Source: a bacterium
GTDB lineage: Bacteria > UBA8248 > JACPRG01 > G963555815
Direction of reading: 5' to 3'
Length of the DNA: 64,000 nucleotides
Assembly: GCA_965218795.1 (NCBI GenBank)
Contig: OZ244653.1
Span: forward strand, 1,408,001 to 1,472,000
Position numbers and translations under genes: made by a program. Positions 27,777-36,966 of this stretch are shown here, one piece after another (positions within the stretch are counted from its first letter, which is position 1; every line of letters begins with the position of its first letter). The notes under the pieces are model-generated. The model was given only the letters and a program-made list of their open reading frames with translations. It was not told where the DNA came from and did no database searches.

Positions 27777-29009
27777 TCAATTGTCCCAGGGCGTTCCCGT
27801 CTCAATCGGCTCGACGTCCGTCCGCTGGACCACGCCGTTATCGATTGGATTCCTGGGCATTCCGCGGAGCCGCGTTCCCGGCGGAACGCGGTTGGTCTGC
27901 CGCGTGGAGAGGATTTCCAGCACCCGCCGGGACTTTTCAAAGTCCTCGATGGGCTTCCATTCGACCAGTCCGGCTTCCTTCACCCGGGTCCAGATTTCCT
28001 CGCCCTTGGGCGTTCGGGCCACAACGATGGTCCATCCCATGGCGCCCACGCCGCCGCATGCGATGTCGGCCAACTCGGCCGAGAAGTCACCGCAGTGGTG
28101 GCACTCCGGCCGGCCGTAATTCGTAGCGCATTCCTTCAGGTTGATCTCGGCAATCTCACCGTCCTTTTTGTAGACGAGGACCTTTCCCTTCACGTTGAAC
28201 TTGACGACGTCGGAGAGGGGGATTCCAAGCTCGCCCTGAATCTTCTCCACCATCAACCCGTGATAGTTGAAGACCTCCGTGCAGAAGAGCCCGATGTTCA
28301 GCGCCACACGCCGGCCGAACCCCTTCATGAAATCTTCCTGCTTTTCGACGATCTTCGGCCGCTTGTCGGGGGTCTTGATGAAGGACGGGTCGCAGAGCTC
28401 CATCTTCCGGACCGGCGTAATCTGGCAGGGCACCCCGACGAAGGCGACCTTCTCCAGCCCCTTCTTCTTGACCTCCTCCAGTCCGAGATTATTGGGCACA
28501 TAGGTGTACCAGGATTTAGCCGTCTGCCGGATATCGTCCGCGTTGTCGATGACAATCGGCACGGGCTGGCATGGAAGCGTCCCGTCCAGCGAAGAAGCGA
28601 CGGCTCCGTCGATGACGCCTTCCTTCAGCGCCCACTCGAGAATCGTCGTCACCACCCCTCCGTCCTCGCCGCTCGCGAGCATGGTCGGGTCCTTGGCCCG
28701 GGCCACCTCAATGGTCCGGTACACGCCGAAGGCGCCCTCGTACGGGCGATCATCCTCGAACAGCAGATCCTTGAGGTTCCATTCCTTCGGATACAGGCGG
28801 GGGCAGACCGACGCGCACACGTCGCAGCCTATGCCCTCACTGATGCCGCAATAGTCGTGGGCGGCGTTCGCTTTCGCCGTCTGCTTCGGCTTGGCGTCTA
28901 CGTATTCAATCACGTTGTGGGGGCAGACGAGCACGCAGGAGCCGCACTCACAGCAACTCCCCCAGAAGACAACGTCTTGCATCATGTCCTTGTAGGTCGG
29001 GTGAGTCAT
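27777..29009 (-). CDS. Coenzyme F420 hydrogenase/dehydrogenase beta-subunit (FrhB) family protein with N-terminal ferredoxin
   Basis: CxxCxxCxxxCP, CDVCASVCP, DGGVVT, VGVPCQ, IGLFC, CHHCGDF..ELADI..G. Confidence 0.9.
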   Translation of the reverse strand: MTHPTYKDMMQDVVFWGSCCECGSCVLVCPHNVIEYVDAKPKQTAKANAAHDYCGISEGIGCDVCASVCPRLYPKEWNLKDLLFEDDRPYEGAFGVYRTIEVARAKDPTMLASGEDGGVVTTILEWALKEGVIDGAVASSLDGTLPCQPVPIVIDNADDIRQTAKSWYTYVPNNLGLEEVKKKGLEKVAFVGVPCQITPVRKMELCDPSFIKTPDKRPKIVEKQEDFMKGFGRRVALNIGLFCTEVFNYHGLMVEKIQGELGIPLSDVVKFNVKGKVLVYKKDGEIAEINLKECATNYGRPECHHCGDFSAELADIACGGVGAMGWTIVVARTPKGEEIWTRVKEAGLVEWKPIEDFEKSRRVLEILSTRQTNRVPPGTRLRGMPRNPIDNGVVQRTDVEPIETGTPWDN

Positions 29010-29386
29010 GCGCGTACTCTCTCTGGGACAAAAGGATACAATTCGGTTTCCTTGCCGATAGCAGCCTCACTGACGGTCCGCTTCCCCGAGGACGGGTCAC
29101 TTCATTGACCTGAACCCGGTGGTATCGAACGAAAGACCCTCTTCAAGGCCTCCAAGTGAGGCTGACTACTCCACATTCTATGGGGGAGAGGCTTTGGGTG
29201 TAAAGACTCAGCGGGCCGCGGCGTCCCGGAGGGCATCCAACCATTACTCCCCCCTGCAAGTTGGTCCAGGACATGACGGCGGCAGTTCTCCCGGAATGTC
29301 AGGTCCCCTGATCTGTCGGCTTCAAATCGCCGAACGTGGCGAATCATGGAATCGGCCATGGATTCGGGAGAAAAATCTCGAATGCT

Positions 29387-29495
29387 CTGGATTCCTGCCT
29401 GCGCAGGAATGACGCAACAGAGTCACGTTGCCTCCCCCAGCCCGTCATTCCCGCTGGCCTGCCCCCGAATCTCTTAGTCGGGGACGGGAATCCAG
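29387..29495. repeat. REP/BIME-like element
   Basis: CTGGATTCCTGCCTGCGCAGGAATGAC...GTCATTCCCGC[hairpin]GGGAATCCAG; close copy at 46143. Confidence 0.82.
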
Positions 29496-29642
29496 ATCGA
29501 TGGAAACGTGACGCGCATTTTCAAGATACGAATCATGCCCTCTCGGCCAAGACCATACGCGGCCTTCAATCTACGTTCAAGGGGCGCGGGTCGAATCCAT
29601 CTTTGACCGCATCCGCGACTTGATGCTCGGATCCACTCGGAA

Positions 29643-31991
29643 TCACGGTTGCTTCCCCTTTGCGGCCTGCCAGATCTTCTCCGCCCGTAGCGGCATATCG
29701 ATATGCGTCACACCCCAGGGTGAGAGGGCATCCATGACGGCATTGACCAGGGCAGGCGTCGAGGCGATGGTTCCCAATTCGCCGACCCCTTTGGCCCCCA
29801 GAGGGTTCACAGGAGTCGGTGTCGTCGTCCGCTCGACCTCAAACCACGGCAACTTAGTCGCCTTGGGCAAGGCATAATGCATAAAAGTTGCGTTCAATGG
29901 CTGGCCCGTCTCATCGAAAATGATCTCCTCATCCAGGGCCTGCGCCACTCCCTGAGCGATCCCGCCATGAACCTGGCCATCCACCAGGAGCGGATTAATG
30001 ACGTTCCCAACGTCGTCCACCGCCACGTAGCGGAGGATGTGAACGTCTCCCGTTTCGGGGTCAACCTCCACGATACAGATGTGGGTACCGAAGGGGTAAG
30101 TGAAATTCTCGGGCTCGAAGAAATGCGTTGCCTCGAGACCCGGGGTCTCTCCTTCGGCGAAGGCCACGCCGCCGGCCAGGGCGGGATGGTGCGCCCCCAG
30201 GGCGACCGTCGATAAGTCGACCCGCTTGTCCGGCGCCCCCCGGACGTGGAATTCACCTCCCTCCAGGACCACATCCGCCAGGTCGGCTTCCAGGTGAACC
30301 GCCGCGAACTTCTTCGTCTTTTCGATGACCTGATCGCGAGCAATCAAGACCGCAGCGCCACCCACGGCCGTTACCCGGCTTCCAAATGTTCCGATGCCGT
30401 ATTGGACCACGTCCGTATCGCCGTGCATCACCGTGACATCCTCGATCGGAACGCCAAACCCCTCGGCCACGATTTGGGCGAAAGTCGTTTCCTGCCCCTG
30501 GCCGTGGGGCGAGGCTCCGGTGAGAACCGTGATCTTCCCCGTCGGATGGATTCGAACGGTTGCGCTCTCCCATCCTCCAGCGGGTAAGGCCGAGGACGGA
30601 CCCATACCGCAAATCTCAACAAAGGTGGCCAGGCCAATACCCATATAACGCCCCTCCTGTCGGCCCGCGGCCTGATCCCTCCGGAGATCGTCATACTGAA
30701 CCATCTCCAGCGCCTTATCCAATGCAGCCGTATAGTCGCCGCTATCGTATGTGGAACCGCAAGGTGTCGAATAGGGAAAATCGTCTCGGTGAAGGAGATT
30801 TCTTCGCCTGATCTCAACCGGGTCCATACCTAATTCGAGAGCGGCGATATCCATGCCCCGCTCCAGGACATAGGTCGCTTCGGGGCGCCCCGCCCCTCGA
30901 TACGCGTCCGTCGCAATCTTGTTGGTGAAGGCCGCCCTGACTTTCACTTCAAGGTTTGAAATTCTATAGGCGCCGGACATCATGAGCACGGTCAACTCGA
31001 CGATCGCAGGCGTTTCAAGTTGGTAATAAGCGCCCACGTCCTGCACCAGATCGTACCGGAGAGCCCTGATCGTGCCGTCATTCATCACCCCCAGCTCGAC
31101 CTCGCCAACCTGTCCGCGACCGTGAATCGTGGCGAGGAAATTTTCTGAGCGGGTTTCGATCCATTTCACAGGTTTGTCAAGCACCCGGCTGATGAAGCAA
31201 ACAAGCGCTTCTTCACGGTATACGTTCAATTTGCACCCAAAACCCCCGCCCACCTCAGGGGTAATGACCCGGACCTGATGTTCGGGAATTCCCATCTGGA
31301 CGGCGATCTGCGTCCGCAGGATGTGGGGGATTTGCGTGGAAGACCAGAGGGTCAGCTTTCCCCGTCCGCGGTCAAAATCAGCAACCGCCCCCCGGGTCTC
31401 AATCGGATTCGGGACAACGCGCTCGTTGGTCAAGTGCTGCCGGATGACCCGGTCGGATTTCTTGAGCTCCTCGTCCACGTTTTCTCCCGCATACATGGTG
31501 AACGCGAGGTTGGAATCGAACCCTTCATGGACTTTGGGAGAACCCGGCTCCAGGGCCTTTTCCATATTAACGACCGCAGGGAGGGGATCGTATTCCACCT
31601 GCACCCGGTCCGCACCGTCCCGAGCGACGTACCGATCTGTGGCGACGACCGCCGCAATCGGCTCTCCCACATATCGAACCGTCCCCTGGGCGAGGATGGG
31701 GTGGTGGGGGATTTTCGTGTCTTCGGTGGCGCCGATCACTGGGACGGGACCGACGTCTTTTATGTCTTCCCCCGTATAGACGGCCACGACGCCGGACGAT
31801 TCAAGTGCGCGAGAGACATCCACTGACTTCAGGCGGGCATGCGCATGGAGGCTTCGCGCCATACACACGTGCAGACAACTCCGGGGCTCGATGTCGTCCA
31901 CATACTGGGCCAGCCCTTGAATCAGACGGGGATCCTCCCGCCGCTTGACAGGCTTGCCGATGAGCTTCGGGGGTTTGACGGTTTCGGTCAT
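29643..31991 (-). CDS. Molybdo-hydroxylase large subunit, form II CoxL-like
   Basis: RREDPRL, GGGFGCK, AYRGAGR active-site motif, NPLGAKGVGE. Confidence 0.92.
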   Translation of the reverse strand: MTETVKPPKLIGKPVKRREDPRLIQGLAQYVDDIEPRSCLHVCMARSLHAHARLKSVDVSRALESSGVVAVYTGEDIKDVGPVPVIGATEDTKIPHHPILAQGTVRYVGEPIAAVVATDRYVARDGADRVQVEYDPLPAVVNMEKALEPGSPKVHEGFDSNLAFTMYAGENVDEELKKSDRVIRQHLTNERVVPNPIETRGAVADFDRGRGKLTLWSSTQIPHILRTQIAVQMGIPEHQVRVITPEVGGGFGCKLNVYREEALVCFISRVLDKPVKWIETRSENFLATIHGRGQVGEVELGVMNDGTIRALRYDLVQDVGAYYQLETPAIVELTVLMMSGAYRISNLEVKVRAAFTNKIATDAYRGAGRPEATYVLERGMDIAALELGMDPVEIRRRNLLHRDDFPYSTPCGSTYDSGDYTAALDKALEMVQYDDLRRDQAAGRQEGRYMGIGLATFVEICGMGPSSALPAGGWESATVRIHPTGKITVLTGASPHGQGQETTFAQIVAEGFGVPIEDVTVMHGDTDVVQYGIGTFGSRVTAVGGAAVLIARDQVIEKTKKFAAVHLEADLADVVLEGGEFHVRGAPDKRVDLSTVALGAHHPALAGGVAFAEGETPGLEATHFFEPENFTYPFGTHICIVEVDPETGDVHILRYVAVDDVGNVINPLLVDGQVHGGIAQGVAQALDEEIIFDETGQPLNATFMHYALPKATKLPWFEVERTTTPTPVNPLGAKGVGELGTIASTPALVNAVMDALSPWGVTHIDMPLRAEKIWQAAKGKQP

Positions 31992-32080
31992 GGTTCAGGG
32001 CCTCCGGTTGGGTGTGGAGGGACCCACGCCCATCTGAATAAGAACCCGCGGAGGATGCACCTCGGCGAGGCTCTGTATCC

Positions 32081-32479
32081 TCAACTGTAATGTCCCTGCC
32101 CAATCACAATGCCGGTTTCCATCATGGGCTCGTCGATCCGGTTGTACTTGACGTTGTGATCCACCCCGGCGGGAATCCAGATGGCCGTGGTCTTGGTGAA
32201 GGTATAGAGTTCGTCGTTGAGAGGCACCTCGACCTCGAATGTGTCCTCTGCACCGACGAACATCAAGAGCTGCGGCTTCGGGTGGTGGTGAATCTCACAC
32301 GTGGGATTGGGCTCGGGAAGTTTGGTTCGCCAAAAGACATCACAGAATGCCTCGGCCTCGGGAACCAACTCCGAGCTCATGTAGATGCGAAAAGGCTCCT
32401 CTTTGGGCTCTCCGTGGTAGAGGTAGTCGGTGATAATTTTCGGCTCGTCGACGATGTACTTTTCATATTTGCGGGCCAC
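32081..32479 (-). CDS. Hypothetical protein, possible cupin fold
   Basis: GTG start with AGGAGG; H.H...Q and IWIPAGVDH motifs. Confidence 0.7.
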   Translation of the reverse strand: MARKYEKYIVDEPKIITDYLYHGEPKEEPFRIYMSSELVPEAEAFCDVFWRTKLPEPNPTCEIHHHPKPQLLMFVGAEDTFEVEVPLNDELYTFTKTTAIWIPAGVDHNVKYNRIDEPMMETGIVIGQGHYS

Positions 32480-32582
32480 CGTTCAACCCTCCTTATTGAA
32501 GTGCAGGGAGCAGACATGTGATGCAACCGAATTGACAAGGCGAGTTCAAGGAAAAGTTTGCGGTCGTTTGAATAACGATTTT

Positions 32583-34865
32583 CTAGTCGGTTCCCAGCCT
32601 CTTGTCCCAAACGGGTTCGCTGCTGGCAAGGACGACCTCGTTTTCGATAAGCGTCGAACACCCAGGACAGATGTACTCGCGAAAGACGACTTCTTCGTCG
32701 ATAAAGATTTTCGGATCGACGATTAACGGATTGGCGTCCTCAATGGGACGGTCCTTTCGGACTGCATGATTCTTGTAGTTTTCACTTGCCGGGCCGAGAA
32801 CGTGACTACACTTTCTACAAACGACTTGTTTCTTTCCATCCATAGCGAGGTGGTGATCGAGCTGCTGCAAGTCATCACTTTCCGAGGCATTCTGACCCTT
32901 TGGTTTCATCTGTGCCCCATTGACTCTTTCATTCCGAATGCGGTCACGCTCTTTTTCTGTTGCCTCCAGGTCAAGCCTTCCGTCTTGGATAACAACCCCG
33001 TAGAACTTGCGGGCCGCGTCGACGGAGACTTTGTCGTTCACGACATCCCCGTAGACCCTTTCCGGAGAGCGGTCAATCGGGTCTCCGAAGCCTCCGCCCC
33101 CGCTCCATGTATGCTCGAAAACATCGGCTTCATGTTCCAAGACCTCGAATTTCTGAGGGAGGTATTCAAGCTCGCCCTTGAGTTGCGACATATCGGCGGG
33201 GAGCTCGCCCCGCTTGAACCATTCCGCAATATCCGAACTGCGGAGCATCTTGTACATCGCGGTATTGGCGGGATATCCGCCGTCAATGCCCAGCGCCGTC
33301 GGGAAGGCTCCCCCAAAAGTGGCGAGGACGAGCTGAATCGGACGACCTTCCGTATCATGCGGAATCCAGCAGGCGGTGGCGCCCATCCCTCCCCGAAACT
33401 CACCCGGTCCGCCTGAATCGGTTGTCTCACGCCGGAAGAGATAGAGAATGGGATAGAAGCCTTCATTGGTTTCTACATTCGGACACTGGCCGGTAATGGC
33501 CGCCATCAACCCCGCTGTGTCAACGCCATCCGCAAAGCTTCGCGCACCCCATCCACCGGCCATGCAGTCCATAATCATGGTGACGAAGGATCGCTTGTTG
33601 TTGTCCAGGCCGGAGGCGATCACTGTCGTCCAAGAACCCACACAGCCGGCGAGCAGTCGATCTTGGAGAGCGGGAACGCTCGAGAGCATTTTGGCAATGC
33701 AGATGTTGGCCGCGTTTGTCGCCGACCACGTTCCACTGATCGATCCCATCGAGACGCCGTGAGGGAATTCGGCGTTGATGATCGTCCCGACCGGCGTATT
33801 GAACTTGAGGGCGCGGTGCAGGCCTCCAAGCGCCCAGGGGATATCGTAGCAGAGCTGGGGCAGGAGGGCGACCATGGACCCTCCAACAGCACCTGCACAG
33901 GTCGAGTTGATCATGCCCACGTTGGGATCCGTTCCCGTAAAGTCAAATTCGAGCTCGTCGCCCCGTTTCCTCACGGTGAGCACGGTTTTGTAGACTCCGC
34001 GGTCCTCGGTCTTGGCCACCTCTTGATACGTTTCACAACACCAAGTGCCGTCGGGGATTTGGCGCAGCCTTTCCCGGAAGCGTTCCTCGGCGTAGTCCAT
34101 CTGTTTTTTCATGACGGACTTGATCGTTGTTGCGCCATACCGCTCCACGAGCTCGAGCATTCGCTGCTTTGCAACGTTGTTGGAGGCGATGTGGGCGCGC
34201 AGATCGAGACCGACGAGAGCCGGCGCGCGCGAGCGGCGGAGGTATACGTCCTCGATGTCTTTTCGAATCTCCCCCCGCTCGACCATCTTAATCGGCGGAT
34301 AAGTCATCCCCTCGGCGAAGTGCTCCTCCGCGTCAATGCACCAAGAGCCGATGTTGACCCCGCCGAGGTCCACCTGATGTATGGTGGAGCCTGTCCAACA
34401 AAACAGCTCGTCGTCGACAAAGACGGGCGAGAGCATCGCAACGTCTTGCGGATGAAGCGCACCGACCCACGGGTCGTTGCAGAGAAACATGTCGTCCGGC
34501 TCGATCCCGGGATTTTCGCTCCGGTGCTCTACCGTCCACTTGACCATAAAGTCCACGTTGGCCGCATGGGGGAGATAATAAGGGCCGATATTCACGATGT
34601 CGCCTATCTCATCGCAAAGCACCACGTTGAAGTCATTGGCGTCGGTGGCCACGGGCGAGCCGGATATCTTCTTCAGGGCCTGTCCCTGCTCATCGTTGAT
34701 CTGCCAAAGCTTGTGCGCCACGACCTCCAATGTAATCGGGTCAACCCGGTGATCCGGATCGTACGGAAAGAGTTTGAGTTTCGGAGAAATGACGATGTCC
34801 TCAGGGCGTTTCCCAATGGAGTGGAATCGTTCAGAGCCTGGAACTTTCAAAATCGTTTTCGCCAT
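32583..34865 (-). CDS. Hydantoinase B/oxoprolinase family protein with C-terminal acetone carboxylase gamma-like Zn domain
   Basis: NDPW...H..D, H..D.GG, DSGGPG.FRGG, GGGGFGDP..R; tail CRKC...FREYICPGC. Confidence 0.88.
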   Translation of the reverse strand: MAKTILKVPGSERFHSIGKRPEDIVISPKLKLFPYDPDHRVDPITLEVVAHKLWQINDEQGQALKKISGSPVATDANDFNVVLCDEIGDIVNIGPYYLPHAANVDFMVKWTVEHRSENPGIEPDDMFLCNDPWVGALHPQDVAMLSPVFVDDELFCWTGSTIHQVDLGGVNIGSWCIDAEEHFAEGMTYPPIKMVERGEIRKDIEDVYLRRSRAPALVGLDLRAHIASNNVAKQRMLELVERYGATTIKSVMKKQMDYAEERFRERLRQIPDGTWCCETYQEVAKTEDRGVYKTVLTVRKRGDELEFDFTGTDPNVGMINSTCAGAVGGSMVALLPQLCYDIPWALGGLHRALKFNTPVGTIINAEFPHGVSMGSISGTWSATNAANICIAKMLSSVPALQDRLLAGCVGSWTTVIASGLDNNKRSFVTMIMDCMAGGWGARSFADGVDTAGLMAAITGQCPNVETNEGFYPILYLFRRETTDSGGPGEFRGGMGATACWIPHDTEGRPIQLVLATFGGAFPTALGIDGGYPANTAMYKMLRSSDIAEWFKRGELPADMSQLKGELEYLPQKFEVLEHEADVFEHTWSGGGGFGDPIDRSPERVYGDVVNDKVSVDAARKFYGVVIQDGRLDLEATEKERDRIRNERVNGAQMKPKGQNASESDDLQQLDHHLAMDGKKQVVCRKCSHVLGPASENYKNHAVRKDRPIEDANPLIVDPKIFIDEEVVFREYICPGCSTLIENEVVLASSEPVWDKRLGTD

Positions 34866-34878
34866 CTGGATGCCTCAC

Positions 34879-36951
34879 TCACCGAGTTGTTAGACGGACG
34901 TTGCCGTAGGCGTCGATCCGGGCATGCTGGCCGGGATGGATGAGTGCTGTTGTGGCCTCGAAACGGATGACCGCAGGCCCATCGAACTTCATCCCACGCC
35001 GAAGATCACTTCCGTAGATCGCTGTTTCCACCTCTTCTCCAAGTTCACGCCAAAAAAGCATTTCGCGTCCAGTGAGAGCCGCGGATGCGTCCGATTCTTC
35101 CTCATCTTGCTGTTCGATTCGAGCGTTTTGGATATGGGTTGTTCCGAGTACGCGATAGGTCACCACCTCAATTCCGGCCTCTCGGAATCCCGACCCTCTG
35201 CCAAAAACCGCTTCATAACGTCGTTCGAATTCCTCAAGAGCCTGGTCATGGAGACTGGGAGTGATTGTTCCGTTGGGGATCGGGGTGTCGACCTGATGCA
35301 CTTGACCTTTATACCGCAGCTCGAGAACTCGTTGGAGGGAGATGTCATCCGGCTTGGCGCCGGCTTTTGTCATATTTGCGGTCGCCTCTTCCTCAAGGGA
35401 CTGAAAGTGCTCGTTCATGACGTCTACATCAAAGGGCGCGAGAGCGAGATCCGAAACCTGGGTCACGGCTGTCAGATCCGAAACGGCAAGCCCCAATGCG
35501 GAAAAGGCGGACGCGATGTTGCCCAGGGGAAAGATAATCTCCTGGGCCCCCAGTTCACGCCCGAAGGCGCCGCCGTGGAGAGGGCCCGCTCCACCAAACC
35601 CGTAAACGACGAAGTCACGCGGGTCGTAACCTCGCTCAATCGTCATTTTTCGCATCAGGTCGGACATGTGATGATTGGCAATCTCAATGATCCCGGCCGC
35701 CGCGTCTCTGACGCTCATATCGAGCGGGTTTGCAATTTTTTCCTCGATGGCCTTGATGGCCAGTGATTTGTCAAGCTTGATCCGGCCTCCGAGAAAATAG
35801 TCGGGATCGATGTAGCCCAGGACGACATCGGCATCGGTCACCGTCGGACCCTCGCCCCCTTTTCCATAGCAAGCGGGACCCGGATCGGCGCCCGCGCTCT
35901 GAGGGCCGACCCGCAGACGCCCGAGATCAACCCAGGCGATGGAACCGCCCCCCGCACCGATGGATACGATGTCGATCGTAGGGACCAGGAGCGTGTATTG
36001 GTTCACAGTCGATGTCGAAGTGATAATGGGCTCTCCATCGACCACGAGACCCACATCGAAACTCGTCCCGCCGACATCAGCACAAATGATATTTCGATGG
36101 TTCAGTGAAGATCCGAGGAATCGGGACGCTACAACACCTCCAGCGGGTCCGGAGGCCAGAGTGTTGACGGAGCGGCGATCCACGTCCGCCGCCTGCATGA
36201 CGCCCCCCATCGACTGCATCACGAAAAGCGGCGCAGTCAAGCCACGGCCACCCAGGGCGCCCTCGAGCTCCTCGAGGTACCTTGACAGAAGAGGGGCAAT
36301 ATGGGCGTTGACCGCCGTCGTTGCCGAACGTTCGTATTCCTTGATGGCCGTGACGATCTCACTCGATATCGAGGCGTGGATGCCTGGGGCCTCTTCTTCG
36401 ATGATCTCCCGCATCCGTTGCTCATGGCTGCGGTTCTTGAAAGACCACAGAAAGCAGACCCCAATCGCCTCCACGCCTTCGTTCCGTAACGCTCTGACCG
36501 CCTGTCGCGCACTCTCCTCATTCAGCGGTACCACGACCGCTCCCTTGTAATCGATTCGCTCGTGGACCTCTTTGATTCGGGTCTTGGGAACGATGGGCTC
36601 GGGTTTGTCGGTGTACGAGTATTGCTTGAGCTCGGTCTCCGAGAATCCGGCGGACCGGCCGATGATGCGCATCATGGGAAGGGCGTCCCGATGTCCGGCG
36701 GTCGTGATGAAACCGATCTTTGCGCCGGAGCCAGTGATCATGGCATTCGTCGCCACCGTTGTCCCATGGTAAAAATAGTCCAAACCCTTCAAGATGCCGC
36801 GCCCCTGATCGACCGCCTCAACGACATCCATGACTCCTCGCGAGAAATTGGGAGGCGTCGAAGGGCGCTTCGCCACCTCGATCCTGCCCTCATCGTTCAG
36901 GTATACGAGATCGGTGAAGGTGCCGCCGGTGTCCACACCCATGGTGCTCAT
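34879..36951 (-). CDS. Hydantoinase A/oxoprolinase family ATP-binding subunit
   Basis: DTGGTFTD, HGTTVATNA, SGPAGG, DVGGTSFD, SAGADPGPACY. Confidence 0.94.
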   Translation of the reverse strand: MSTMGVDTGGTFTDLVYLNDEGRIEVAKRPSTPPNFSRGVMDVVEAVDQGRGILKGLDYFYHGTTVATNAMITGSGAKIGFITTAGHRDALPMMRIIGRSAGFSETELKQYSYTDKPEPIVPKTRIKEVHERIDYKGAVVVPLNEESARQAVRALRNEGVEAIGVCFLWSFKNRSHEQRMREIIEEEAPGIHASISSEIVTAIKEYERSATTAVNAHIAPLLSRYLEELEGALGGRGLTAPLFVMQSMGGVMQAADVDRRSVNTLASGPAGGVVASRFLGSSLNHRNIICADVGGTSFDVGLVVDGEPIITSTSTVNQYTLLVPTIDIVSIGAGGGSIAWVDLGRLRVGPQSAGADPGPACYGKGGEGPTVTDADVVLGYIDPDYFLGGRIKLDKSLAIKAIEEKIANPLDMSVRDAAAGIIEIANHHMSDLMRKMTIERGYDPRDFVVYGFGGAGPLHGGAFGRELGAQEIIFPLGNIASAFSALGLAVSDLTAVTQVSDLALAPFDVDVMNEHFQSLEEEATANMTKAGAKPDDISLQRVLELRYKGQVHQVDTPIPNGTITPSLHDQALEEFERRYEAVFGRGSGFREAGIEVVTYRVLGTTHIQNARIEQQDEEESDASAALTGREMLFWRELGEEVETAIYGSDLRRGMKFDGPAVIRFEATTALIHPGQHARIDAYGNVRLTTR

Positions 36952-36966
36952 TCATCTCCTCCACGG

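Noticed and set aside
29010-29380. Moco or other riboswitch upstream of the FrhB-like gene; ORF 29102-29359
   Set aside because: No recognisable consensus or protein motif
29643-31991. True aerobic CO dehydrogenase
   Set aside because: It has AYRGAGR rather than AYXCSFR, and there are no coxDEFG genes
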